Assembly: GCA_951804945.1 (NCBI GenBank)
Contig: OX638154.1
Span: 57,288,001-57,352,000, forward strand
Length of the DNA stretch: 64,000 nucleotides
DNA from: Podarcis cretensis
Taxonomy: Eukaryota
Direction of reading: 5' to 3'
The position numbers and the translations under genes were made by a program. The notes under the pieces are model-generated. The model ran no database searches. It saw only the letters and a list, made by a program, of their open reading frames with translations, and was not told the DNA's origin. Positions 53,601 through 64,000 of this stretch are shown one piece after another; the first letter of the stretch is position 1; every line of letters starts with the position of its first letter.

Positions 53601-56600
53601 GTGTAAATGGAATTGTGCCCAAATGCCTTCACTCTTTTTTCCTCAGAGGCCGGCATCAGCCAACCACTCTTCTGCATCACAGCTCTTTTACAAATAGCAC
53701 CACAGGATCCTATTCTTTTGCACCTTCTGCTCTACAAGCCTGAGCGATGAAAGGACCTGACACTGAAGATGTTTAGTCCACATCGTTATCAAAAAAGTCA
53801 TGATGCACAGTTCTACAACAGGATTTTCCCTCTTTATAATGCCATGACAGTCCTAAGGTTTCTCAACACAGGGGAGCACTGGACCAACTAAGGCTGCAAT
53901 CTTACACGCTTCCCTTAAAGTAAGTTTTATTGAATTTGTGGGACTTAGTAGGTATGCAAAGGATTATACTGTTAATGATGTATTCAGTATGGGCTAATCA
54001 AGGTGCAGGTGGCGCTGTGGGTTAAAGCCTCAGCGCCTAGGGCTTGCCGATCGAAAGGTCGGCGGTTCGAATCCCTACGGCGGGGTGCGCTCCCGCTGCT
54101 CGGTCCCAGCGCCTGCCAACCTAGCAGTTCGAAAGCACCTCCGGGTGCAAGTAGATAAATAGGGACCGCTTACCAGCGGGAAGGTAAACGGCGTTTCCGT
54201 GTGCGGCTCTGGCTCTGGCTCTGGCTCTGGCCAGAGCAGCGATGTCACGCTGGCCACGTGACCCGGAAGTGTCTCCGGACAGCGCTGGCCCCTGGCCTCT
54301 TAAGTGAGATGGGCGCACAACCCCAGAGTCTGTCAAGACTGGCCCGTACGGGCAGGGGTACCTTTACCTTTACCTTTAATCAAGGTGCAGATGAAATGCC
54401 AGAAGGTTACAGCTGTAATGTTTTTTTTATGCAGCAAATACAACTTTATATATTTCCAGAATCTGGTCTCTATCTTGATCTGAAAAGACATTGGTATTAA
54501 TTTGGTAACCTCATGCAGGGATGGAGTCGACGTGCTACACTACATAAAAGGCTTCTTTTGAGTTAAAAACAACATATACTTGGATCTTAAGAGAATGTAT
54601 TGTGTTAATTTCAATTCCATAACTAAGGGCCTTGTGTACAATCCATCCAACTATACTCATCTTCATTGGAGTCTTTGCACCATAGCCTAGCAAGTTTCTT
54701 TCAAAGGCAAGGATGCAATAGCCTGCTTCTCTGTAACAGACTGGGAGTGGTGCACATAAATCTAATGGTTATTCACGCATGTATGTTTTCTCCATGCAAC
54801 AAAGAGATCAACAAGTTGTTGTTGCTGTTAAAATTAATGGCCACAAAGTGGCAAAACAGTTTACTGAACGGCAAAGAGGGGAGCTAATAAAGAGTTCCTT
54901 TACTCAAATTGTACAGCAGAGGAATGCATGGTCACCAACAAATCGGCATAAGAATTAAAACAGTTCTGTCAGTCATCACTAACTGCATCAGAAAACCACC
55001 CAGGGCATACATCTAGCATCCAAACAACAACATACTAGACAGACAGCAACGCCACTGGTGATCCACAACAATTTCTTACAAACTTGCTACCTGTTGAAAG
55101 AATTGCATTTTTCCAGATATGACATACTGCAAATTTGAGTGCAAGGAAACAGTGATTTCTCCACAACAGGATATAATTAAGAAGAAAAATATATGGACTA
55201 TGAACCAAAATGAGAAATCAATACATATTTACTGTGCACTAAGAATTTTATTTGTGAGGGAAAGCTTTTAATCAGTTTTCAAGACTCTAGCTTTAGGACT
55301 TTTCCATTCTAGATTTTGATTTTTCATTTATCTAAATACTGACCCTAAACTGATATATTTTAGAGCAGGCATTCCTTGCTGCATTGCATGATGCTCTCCT
55401 ATACGTACAGAATCAACACAAGGAGTAGAATACCAGCAGGTATTCATTGGTGAACGGTTTAGAAGCACTGCAACATACAGCAACATACAGCTGGAGCAGC
55501 TTCAACAGTTCACAGTAAGGAGTTGTAAGCCAATGCCACCCCTTTCCTGATGACCCCTGCAATTGAGGGGCTATGGAGTAGGAACCCAGGACTGAGGCCA
55601 ATGCTCAATTGGAGTTAGATGTAGCACTACAACAGTTTCTGGAATGTACTCTTGCTTAATTCACTGACTAAAGATTCTGCACATAGAATCATTTCAAGAG
55701 CAGAACAACCTATCCTTCAGCGGTATAAGAATTCTGCGTATTAATTTGATGAAATGAGCCTAGGGAGTATGACTGGCATGCAATGTTATTTGGAGTAATT
55801 TAAGCAAAAAACCAAGCCAGATCAAAGGAGGAAAGTTGTGCACCTTTAACATTCATAAATCTATAGGTCATCAATCACAACTTTCCTTTTCTAGATGTGG
55901 AGGCCTTAATGTCCTTTTGATACATATTTCAAAACACCTAACAGGGTATCATCTCAAAGAGTATATATGTTTAAATATGGATTTTCCTTGTTTAGTAGAC
56001 ATATTCAGCATTACAAACAGCTCTTGCACTATCTGAATACAGGCTGTGTGAAGAGACAATCACCTTTCATCCCTTCCCTTTTTTCTTCATTTCTTGCTAT
56101 TAGGAAACCATTCACAAGTGCAACCCTGAACAATGTTTTGCAGTAATTATGACTACATGACAAAGAGATGTGAACAATTACTGAGGCTGTTTTGAAACCC
56201 TATACTAATAAAGTCATTAGATGCTGCCCTTGCCATGATCCTTCTAAAAGCTTCTGAAGTTACAAGAACACACAGCATTGTTTGTAGGGACAATTGCTGC
56301 TGGCAGAATGCAAACCTTGAGTTTAACCATGCTTCAAATTGATCTTGACATTCTGTTAAGACCACCACTAAAATCAAAAGCAAAGGAGAAAAGGAGAAAA
56401 TGAGCGGGTGGGATATAATCAAGAAACAGGAGGGTTCCCTCCTCAACTTCTCTCCTCTGCTTCTTCTACAAAACATGCCACAGACAAAATGACAAACTTG
56501 CCTGGTAGTAAATCTTTATTTCTTAAAACATTAATTAGACTCCTGACCTGGGCACCTTTAAGCACCTTTGATAATTATGTTGTTGTAAGTAAATTGAACT

Positions 56601-59600
56601 GTGTTTAAATTATTATAGACAAAATAGAAGCAATTTCTGACAAACTTAGACAAAAGTCTAAGAATGGACTGCTATCTAAACAGGAACAGATCCAATTCTT
56701 TTGCAAGTTATCTCTTGCTGAATTTTATTTCATTCCATGAGAAGCCATCAGAACTGAAGGCAAGTGGGTGATGCTTAAACTGGCTGCTGTATTTTTCATG
56801 TCTTCCAACTAAATCACAAAGTGACATTGATTTAGAACATGTATTTGACTTAAAATGGTTCTCTCCCACTTTCTCTATTGACTTAAAAACATTCAGAAGT
56901 GGCACAGACCAGACTAAAAGGGCATCTGTCATCACTTGCATGTGAACGGAGACCAGTGCATACAAAAGCAGTAAATCTACTGGTTTTCATTCAGATGAAC
57001 TAGCAAAAAGGATGTATGATATGTGAATCTGGCTAATTATTTGGTCATGGAAATAAGGAAATGTGTATGTCAATTACCCCTTTCTTAAGCTGAGACACTA
57101 AAGGAGAAAGAAACATTTTAAAATTAAGACTAGCAAGCACCGGCCAAGGAAAAGAGGATTTGAAATATTGTACTCAAGGGCTCGGGGCTAAACACAACAA
57201 ACAGACATGTGTTTGGTCAATGAGTTTGATCCTGAATTGCTGATGAGTTATAACCATGTGCATAGAAACTGATATGATTCTTCAGTAGCTGCTATTATTT
57301 AACTTGCATTTTATTTAACTTGATAAATTAATTGTGGCTTTGTTGGTTTTTTATGGTTTATGTCAACCACTTTGGGTGCAAGAATAATAAACTTTATTTG
57401 CTGCTAACAATAATAAGGCCATCAGGTAAGGATGAGCATCAGTGCTCCACTATGGACTTCCTGGCCCCACATAATCTCTTTCAATCCTCCATCATAATGA
57501 GAGGAAGGTAAAATGCAATTTTAGGTCTGACTCCTTCTGCAGATAATAGCGGCTCTGAATAAAGGCTGCAGAGTGAGGAAATGGAGGGAGAAAGAACCAA
57601 TAGGCTGCAGTAGTAATGCACCTGGTTTGGCAATCCAATTGTCCGCTGTTCAAATTGGGCGCTACTTTGTGGAAATATGCATACAATAGCTTGGATTCTA
57701 AGAAAAGCAAGCAGAAGGAAGTTCACAGAAGGAAAGGTCCCTTCCTCCCCTATCCCAGCAGCCACCTGTGCTATCACCAGCTTCTCCAGAGGATCAGGGG
57801 CTCCTCCTGAACAACATGGAAAAAAGTATGATGGGGGTTTCTGGAGGAGGGAGAACCCACCCAAAATCATGTCTGACTCTCCAGTTGGAGGAACAATTTT
57901 TCTATGAATGTCTTTCCACTTAAGAGTCCAAGACATTTGCTTTAATTTTCAATAAAATATCTAACCTTAATCTGTCCTCATACCACCAAAGTGACAGGTC
58001 CATATTAAGTTGACAGATATTTGTAGATACACATAACAAAGTCTATCAACAATCATAGCCAGGACTTTATATTTTTAATATATTGTGTTAGGAAGATAGT
58101 AATTTAATATTACCCCATCTGTTAGATTTATATTGAAGTAGCCTTCACAATTTTCATGTGATAGCACTATGGTCTCTAGTTAGCAATTCCTCACTATCCC
58201 CATGCTGCATGAATAACCCTGCAGCCTAAGAGTAACCTAAATTTATATGTATATATTAAGTATTAATTGTATTTTGACCTTCCCTATGCTCCACCTAGAA
58301 TAGAAGCATGGCTGGGAGGGAGAAGAGAAGGCTCTCTCAGTAGCTGCACACAGTATCTTACCTCATGAAATGTGGCTGGCACCCTCTGTCATTGTTTTTC
58401 ACTGGTTGTTGAAGACTTTTTTCTGGCAGGTTTTTCTTTTATGAGGTAGACAATGTAATGATTTTTTTAAAAACTGCTGATGTCATCTCTTTTGAAAAGT
58501 TTGTTTGCTCGTTTTATTAAATCGCAATCTTTATAGGCTGTAAGACACCCTGAGCAGAGTGTATTTATACAAGAAGGGTGGTTATAAATGCTCTAATGAA
58601 ATAAAATTAAATAAAAAATCATTTGTTTATATATAGCATTTGAAAACTGCTATACAATAATTCCTTTGTCATAAACTGATAGCAAAACCCAAAAGTGTAA
58701 GCTTAAGCATCTTATTGTATTTCACAATCAGGTTCTAGATCCATTGAGAATAGCTATAAAGCCTTAAACAAGCCCTTTNNNNNNNNNNNNNNNNNNNNNN
58801 NNNNNNNNNNNNNNNNNNNNNNNNNNNNNNNNNNNNNNNNNNNNNNNNNNNNNNNNNNNNNNNNNNNNNNNNNNNNNNNNNNNNNNNNNNNNNNNNNNNN
58901 NNNNNNNNNNNNNNNNNNNNNNNNNNNNNNNNNNNNNNNNNNAAAACACAACAAAGCAATGACATGCCTGTTGATTGTCAGTCATAAAAAAACCTCCCTC
59001 AAACACAGATTTTCAAAAGAAACTACACTGCAATTTTTTGTCATTGTAAAATAAAAGAAACTAGAGAATTAAACAGAGACTAGAACAATATAACAGCAGG
59101 CAGTCGACTGAACTTAGCCACTGCAGATGGTTTAGAAATAGTGTTTCCTTCGACACCAAGTTGTGGGATAAAAGGAAAGGAGGGAACTCCCTACCCCCAG
59201 TGAATGGCAGCATGTAAGATTTAGCCCAATCTCTTGTCCACATATTTTGCCGTGTTAAAAAGCATAGTTACTTCATTCATATCTGTGTTACAAAGTACTT
59301 TTTATCCCTCTTTTCAATAGTAATTAAAACAATTAAAAGCACGGGTCAACACTGTGAGCTAATCTAAATTAAATTAAGATTATGGTAAATGCATCCAAGT
59401 AGTCTGTGGAGTATTATGCAAGAACATTGCATGTTTCAGTCTTAATTTGAAAAGTTAACTGCAATTAACTCATTTGTAAGTTACCGGGCGGCATGGTGGA
59501 GGAATGCACATGTCAGTGAACTAGTCCGATAGGAACACAAAACCATGTGATTTCTTAAGTGCTCTGTTTATATTAAGTAACGATTATCAATAGCAACATG

Positions 59601-61511
59601 GAATGAGACCATCCTTGAAGTTAATAAAAAGGAGATCAGCTACTACAATTTTAAGATCTTTCCATCATAAAAATATATAGACATAGGCTCATTGGTACAT
59701 ACAATATTTCTAAAGACTATCATGATGAATGACATAACCCGCACATTCCACCAGTTACAGAAAGAACTTTGGTAAGGAACTATTGCCAGCAGACAATTAA
59801 GTGCAATCTAAAGCCCAATAACTGTATCACCATATGGGAAAACTTCTGCCTTTATTTATCACAATTAGGCTGCATTTGACTAAAGTCAAATGGATCAGAT
59901 TAAATCCAGTGTAGCAATTCTGGTTATTTTTCATATTACAAAACTTTCCCACATGAGCTCAACACTGAGGCCCTTCAAACTAAACTTCCTGTGGTGTATT
60001 AAAAAACTATTAATAGCAAAGAGACAGATGGAAAATGGGTGTTTGTAGATGGTTCTGGTATTACACTTACATATCTATGCAACGCAATAGATTCTATACA
60101 GTTCATCAGGATGTGGGAACAGGTTGCAACTTGCTTTCACCCTACAAGTCCATCCCACTGCTTTATTCTATCCCATAACAGAAAGTTATCTCCTTTCTAA
60201 TTCCCCATTCCAGACACAACAGATCACTGCATCAATCTGCAGGACGTTTGCTACACTTCCTTCTAATACCACCCTTGAACTCATTCTCCAAGTCTGAATC
60301 TTTATACAGCCAAACTGGCACCACCACACACAAAGGGGAAGTATCATCAGGTGTGGAGAGAACCCAATGGTTTCCACCCAAAATGAAAAATCTTTAGGAA
60401 AACACAACCCTGAGGAAGAAACCCTAAAACAGGTAAAAGAGGACTTGGTATGTGTCAATCGGCACAGAAATGCTGATTTAGTATTGGGGGCTAATAGACA
60501 GAAAATCAAGTGGAGGAAAAAGAATAGGACAGAGTATGTGCTGAAAGAAGGCATGACTGGTAGGCTAGAAATCTGAACTGAAGAAGGCCACACTGGCCCA
60601 GTTCACATTACATCTTAAGCCATAGTAAAAATAAACTATGAAATAAACAATTTGAATGAGCATCATGCTAGTCCATGCGTCTCAAAAGTGGATGCATTTC
60701 AAAAGTCCACATTATGCTGCTCCCCTAATCTACATATTTTTCCACACATGGAACAGCAAGCTACTTAGTTTCCTTCCTGGCATGGAAGCAGCAGGAATGG
60801 AAGAAGAGTGAAGAATGGGCATTTGAGCAGTGTGTACCAGCAAGATCATTCACATTGAACTATAGTTTATTTTAACTACAGTTTAATATGATGTGTGAAT
60901 CAGATCACCGCATCTCTTTGTTGAAGGTTCCACTTGTTGATAATATGCTTTCTAGGTCTTCATTGGGTGATGGTGACTCTAAATGTATCCTCCAAGGCGC
61001 CAGAAAAGGATGCAGTCATAATGCCTCTCACTCAGATATTTCACTGGTTCTCTTGCTCACTCACCTCATTCACCTACTAACCCTGGCAGACAGGAGGAAG
61101 AGAATGGCCCAGGAGACTTGTGAATGAACAGAGTGGGGAAGGATGTGTTGGACGCGCAGTGGCTGCATCCTGAGAACATTAGCCTGTGAAAAGTAAATCA
61201 CTGAACAATGTAAGATAAAGGCGGCAGCGGGGGGGGGGGGACAGTCACAAAATCTATTATTTAAACAGAAGGTATGCTATGTAACATATATTATAAAGAT
61301 ACACTGAGTTTGTTGAGTTCTTAAAGCAGTTTAATATTCAACTCCAAATTATTTACCTTGCTCTGTTTGCTTCTTTTGTCATATCCCATGCCCAGGTTAT
61401 GAAGTTCTGACTAAGGTAGGAGACAATAGATTCGGCACAAAGCATTTGAGAACAGAACACGTTGGTTAGCACACTTTCATCATGGTGGAGGTAGACAGCA
61501 AGCAGCTTTCT
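11608..61511 (-). CDS. FAF1: FAF1, 3' part (last 7 coding exons, spliced; the 5' part lies beyond the window end)
   Basis: Exons of 155+137+89+81+78+216+84 = 840 nt join in frame with GT-AG introns to give RKLLAVYLHHDESVLTNVFC...TFPRRDVTQLDPNKSLLELKLYPQETLFLEAKE*, which I recognise as the FAF1 C-terminus (UAS, coiled coil, UBX). Confidence 0.97.
12159..12371. mobile_element. Tc1/mariner (Tigger-like) MITE related to 2286-2526, opposite orientation
   Basis: ta|cagtggaacctcggg ... gaggtatgacag|ta; shares the ggcaaaacc.cggaagtaac...tacttccgggtt core in reverse complement. Confidence 0.75.
14567..14600. repeat. (GT)17 microsatellite
   Basis: Direct reading. Confidence 0.97.
15299..15652 (+). 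mobile_element. Sauria SINE, full length, second subfamily
   Basis: Same head and tail architecture; TSD taaagtaa (15289-15296 and 15653-15660). Confidence 0.92.
15711..16064 (+). mobile_element. Sauria SINE, older third variant
   Basis: ggggacatgggtggcgctgtgg head, accttt-like tail, TSD tattgtaaga (15700-15709 and 16065-16074). Confidence 0.9.
17840..17960. mobile_element. Degraded copy of the palindromic hAT MITE family
   Basis: cccaccagccctagccagcataggcaatggtcatgga core resembles 5014-5149 and 44584-44721. Confidence 0.5.
18342..18582. mobile_element. Partial hAT (Tip100-like) non-autonomous element
   Basis: Ends in atatggcaacccta, a typical tagggttgcca-type TIR; internal tgtccaggaaaacccgga; the left end is not clear. 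Confidence 0.45.
22001..22112. repeat. Possible Penelope-derived inverted fragment
   Basis: attatctttattagagccaac ... ggtggtcctcataaagatact inverted ends with internal caagctttc; family assigned from memory. Confidence 0.35.
22461..22646 (-). mobile_element. tRNA-derived MIR/CORE-like SINE
   Basis: Reverse complement gccagtgtggtgtaatggttag...gttccaatcccc...gggtgaccttggaccagtcac; a partial copy lies at about 31915-32063. Confidence 0.75.
22984..23225. mobile_element. Tc1/mariner (Tigger-like) MITE, 242 bp
   Basis: Perfect 15-bp TIRs cagtggtacctcggg / cccgaggtaccactg, TA TSD, internal ttcaggtta repeats. Confidence 0.9.
25543..25634. mobile_element. 92-bp palindromic hAT-type MITE
   Basis: 12-bp TIRs catagctgtcaa / ttgacagctatg; internal aagggaaa repeats; flanks ccttgagc/cctgaagt. 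Confidence 0.7.
27700..27915 (-). CDS. FAF1: FAF1 coding exon (UBX domain with FPR motif), 216 nt
   Basis: ttcttcag|GCT ATT AGG ... AGA GAC|gtaagt; AIRLSLEQALPPEPKDESPESVSKLRIRTPSGEFFERRFLANSKLQVVFDFVASKGYPWEEFKLLGTFPRRD. Confidence 0.97.
28399..28727 (+). mobile_element. L2-type LINE 3' end
   Basis: agggccttttcggtggtggcgccctccctgtggaac, tgtaagc..ccagagtggctgggg and an AT-rich (aat/tta)n tail. Confidence 0.75.
31268..31345 (-). CDS. FAF1: FAF1 coding exon (coiled coil), 78 nt
   Basis: ctctgcag|AGA GAA GCA ... CGT GAA|gtgaga; REAQEREIAEQFRLEQIKKEQEEERE. Confidence 0.96.
31769..31849 (-). CDS. FAF1: FAF1 coding exon (coiled coil), 81 nt
   Basis: ataccag|GAT GAA CGT ... GCA AAG|gtatgt; DEREARENVKREQDEAYRISLEADRAK. 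Confidence 0.96.
32268..32356. repeat. About 90-bp dispersed hairpin repeat (copies near 29695, 29822, 36880, 46256, 48748, 53892)
   Basis: Shared consensus tgcaatcctat.catg..tact..gaagtaagtcccattga..tcaatgggacttact...gtaagt.tg.ataggattgca. Confidence 0.6.
35098..35240 (-). mobile_element. Degraded tRNA-derived SINE (Squam3-like)
   Basis: aagctgccttatac tail and ggactaaacttgggac...cattgagcgatggtcc head in reverse orientation. Confidence 0.4.
35247..35684 (+). mobile_element. CR1 LINE, 5'-truncated 3' end
   Basis: tttagcctggaaaagaggagactgag, ggtcccttcgaactct and the terminal ATTCTATG-ATTCTA repeat diagnostic of CR1. Confidence 0.9.
39057..39196. mobile_element. hAT-type MITE, 140 bp
   Basis: cagcactattttt ... 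aaaaaaagccctg ends; 8-bp flanks tctgctat/cttgctat. Confidence 0.65.
44584..44721. mobile_element. Palindromic hAT MITE related to 5014-5149 (more degraded copies at about 4048-4170 and 33715-33830)
   Basis: caggggtggagaacctttggcccttcaaatgttg ... caacatctggaggaccaaagctttcccacacctg. Confidence 0.75.
45033..45121 (-). CDS. FAF1: FAF1 coding exon, 89 nt
   Basis: ttgctag|GT AAC ACA ... GAT GAG|gtgaga; (G)NTTVDELMMRLMAAMEIFGAQQQEDIKDE. Confidence 0.96.
46795..46931 (-). CDS. FAF1: FAF1 coding exon (UAS domain), 137 nt
   Basis: ttccag|G TTT CTA ... ATA CAA G|gtaccg; FLTMCTRHFGSVVAQTIRTQKTDQFPLFLIIMGKRSSNEVLNVIQ(G); lies within ORF 46754..46948. Confidence 0.97.
48310..48460 (-). mobile_element. 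Degraded L2-type fragment
   Basis: Translates as GAFSVVTPQVWNSLP, matching the AFSVVAP.LWN.LP segment seen in the other copies. Confidence 0.6.
49617..49900. other. Assembly gap (284 N)
   Basis: N run. Confidence 1.
50960..51283 (+). mobile_element. L2-type LINE 3' end
   Basis: gacaaggctttttt.gtagtggctccc...gaatagcctcc, AT-rich 3' UTR and tail. Confidence 0.6.
52248..52642. mobile_element. Solo LTR (Gypsy-like), 395 bp
   Basis: TGTCGT...ATGACA ends flanked by a perfect 5-bp TSD aaagg (52243-52247 and 52643-52647); GC-richer than its flanks. Confidence 0.8.
54005..54376 (+). mobile_element. Sauria SINE, young, same subfamily as 9809-10172
   Basis: Nearly identical to the 9.8-kb copy; TSD taatcaaggtgcag (53995-54008 and 54377-54390); internal (GGCTCT)4. 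Confidence 0.93.
58779..58942. other. Assembly gap (164 N)
   Basis: N run. Confidence 1.
60595..60906. mobile_element. Old non-autonomous DNA element (possibly PIF/Harbinger-like)
   Basis: cagttcacattaca..taagccatagtaaaaataaactat pairs with atagtttattttaactacagtttaatatgatgtgtgaatc; related remnants at about 7470-7613 and 50711-51400. Confidence 0.45.
61357..61511 (-). CDS. FAF1: FAF1 coding exon (UAS domain), 155 nt
   Basis: tttttcag|AGA AAG CTG ... GCA AG|gtaaat; RKLLAVYLHHDESVLTNVFCSQMLCAESIVSYLSQNFITWAWDMTKEANRA(R). Not in the ORF track. Confidence 0.96.
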
Positions 61512-63799
61512 CTGAAAAACAGGGGTGGGGGGAGTGTTAGCATGTTATTTTGATTTATTTGCCCACCACCACCACAACTTTTAGATATAAGTGAAATTTC
61601 TGTCTCAGCCCTAACCAAATATTTTGGAGGCATCCTATTGATATTGCTGGAACATCCTTTCAACAATCTCAGCACCCAGCACTCCGCTGCTGCTTCCACA
61701 GAAACAATTCTTTGTTTAATGGTATTTGGAGAGAAAGTGAATTACTCTATTCTTGCGATCAAGAACCCATGGCCAAAATGTTTATTAAAGAACATTTTTT
61801 TCTACAGAAATAATAATGTTGTGACTATTATATAAAAAGAAGAAAAGCCATGTTTACATTCTGTCATAATCACCAAAATTGAATTTAGAATTTAATCAGT
61901 TGCAAATACTTACTACTGTACAACCAATAGCTGATTTTAATGCAATGGCATTAGGATAGGAGGTTTACTATGCATTAGGGAGAGGGAGAATTAAACAAGG
62001 GATGTAGCACCACATTTCCTTTTGTGCACAGCAACACACACACACACAAAATGGATCTAGGGAAATTGTGTATTCAAAACTTTCTCTGGATCTGGGGCAA
62101 AATCTCTCATTTACTTGGGTTGTAGTCCTATGCAAAAAGCATTCCTATGCAAATTAATCCCTGATTCCCAGGCCACGTGGATAAAATTATATTGTGCATT
62201 GGGTAACATCCATCTGTTCACAAAAGGGACAGAGACCCAGCAGAAAGGCAAGGCAATTTCCCCTTCCCCAAGCAGCTCACAATGCTACCTTCCACACTGT
62301 TCTGCAGGGTACCCAACTCTGGAGCAGCATGGGGGCTATATGGGAAAATTGCCTCACCCACCACTAACCCCTCCACCCAAACTCCATTCATGGAAAGTCT
62401 CAATCTAACAATATATATTTATCTCATAACAACACTGATTTTTGTTTCAATTTCCTTGTTGTTTTTGTTTCAATTTCCTTGTTGAGTTTACTGTAAGTTT
62501 AATGATGTTACTCTAGCACACTATGCTGTTGCTTTGTTTTACCCAACATCTCAGGGGAAATTGATAACTATCAAATTGTCTAGATTCTGAATAACGTTTG
62601 AAAATACAGTAGCTGATATAAAAAGAAAACTCACCAAAAAAATTCTGAGACCACAAAACTCATAGCATGAAAATGTTATATAAAATTTTACAACATAAAA
62701 TTTCATTCATTTACAGTTTAGATAAACCTAAGTATTAATTTCACAGGTAGTTTCAAATCGTAATTTCATAGGTAGTTTTGTACTGCTGGCAGTTTCACAA
62801 GAAGCATTATTCCAGGAGGCTGCAGTGGCAAAGCCCACCATAGAAAGATGAGGTATAGTTCCGTTCCTAATATTTCAGCTTCTGTAGACAACAGACAAAT
62901 TTAACTGAAACTTATTAAAATATTGTCCTGTAAATAAGCCCGAAAACATTACCAACCTGCAACTTTTTTCAACTAGCCTAAGAAAGTAGGAGCCTGTATT
63001 TCCATGGTGGAAATGTGGGCTTCGTTTTGTAAGTGCCTTCTACCAAATGGACTGATGTGGGGAAGATGTTTTGCTGGCTCCAGAAGAAGTGAATCCCATT
63101 CATCTGCTGCCAGCATGGGAACCAAGTGGGTTGGTGGAGCAGGGATGGCCTTGTCCACCAGTCTGCTCAATTTCCTTACAGCCTATGGCTACCTGGCAAG
63201 CTGTTCCAACATACAGCTATAAAACTGCTTCTTCTTTAAGAGACACAAGTAATAATGAGCAAGCATCTTTCATGAAAACTACTGTCTTTTTATGATACAT
63301 TCAAATCCGCCCCTCGAGGAATTGGCCAAGATGCAATAAGCTCAACACATAATGTGGGTTCTGAAATTGTGTTTCTGGAACACATTTTTAAAACAGTTTG
63401 CAATATGGCAAGAGGCAGGGGTTATAGGGAGTAAGAAATAGCACTGGGTATACCCAAAGTAACTCTTTGGATCAGAGCCAATGTATTTAACCAGCTAAAA
63501 ATTGCCAGTTAAAAATAAATATGTTGAATGCATAGAAACATCTGTTCTAACAACATATTCATTTTAAATCAGCACATTTATAAAATACAGAGTTTGTGTA
63601 AGTCCTCAAAATCAATTTTAAAAGTATAAAACATTTCAACAGTAGACTTTGGAAAAGGGATTAGACATTTACATTAATGTTTGTCCGCTTTAATTTAAAA
63701 AGCGATTCAAAACCAAGTACACATGCACCAGAAAAGGCCACCAATAAGCCTAACATGCACAGTTCCATATAAGTGCAGCCAACAATGTTGACTGAAACT

Positions 63800-63939
63800 N
63801 NNNNNNNNNNNNNNNNNNNNNNNNNNNNNNNNNNNNNNNNNNNNNNNNNNNNNNNNNNNNNNNNNNNNNNNNNNNNNNNNNNNNNNNNNNNNNNNNNNNN
63901 NNNNNNNNNNNNNNNNNNNNNNNNNNNNNNNNNNNNNNN
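63800..63939. other. Assembly gap (140 N)
   Basis: N run. Confidence 1.
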
Positions 63940-64000
63940 TCAAAGCGTGGATCTCTGCAATATCCAGGTTACTGTGCTAGAATCTCCACTATTATATAGC

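Noticed and set aside
126-63943. The many 60-160 aa ORFs in the supplied track
   Set aside because: Apart from the three overlapping FAF1 exons in the coding frame (27574, 44988, 46754), they have no recognisable domains or splice support and often run through repeats, microsatellites or N gaps.
1-64000. CRISPR array, operon or other prokaryotic system
   Set aside because: There is no regular repeat-spacer structure, and the sequence is intron-rich vertebrate DNA.

Overview
Vertebrate (squamate reptile, probably lacertid lizard) genomic DNA, not prokaryotic. The only supportable protein-coding content is the 3' part of FAF1 (Fas-associated factor 1) on the minus strand: seven GT-AG exons (61511->11608) splice into one 840-nt frame, i.e. 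279 aa plus TAG, covering the UAS, coiled-coil and UBX regions. A 3' UTR with two candidate AATAAA signals follows. The rest is intron or intergenic DNA carrying four Sauria SINEs (two very young), a 1.64-kb non-autonomous L1-type insertion with a CpG-rich 5' end, Tc1/mariner- and hAT-type MITEs, one clear and one probable solo LTR, CR1/L2 3' fragments, microsatellites and three N gaps. Several repeat-free, homeobox/SOX-motif-rich blocks look like conserved enhancers; in other amniotes this interval is the FAF1-DMRTA2 regulatory block, but DMRTA2 is not in the window. Almost all ORFs in the supplied track are spurious. I found no convincing novel biological system. The best leads are the non-autonomous L1 derivative, the candidate enhancer with a DM-domain site, and the young SINE pair. 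Repeat family names come from recognition, not from a database search.
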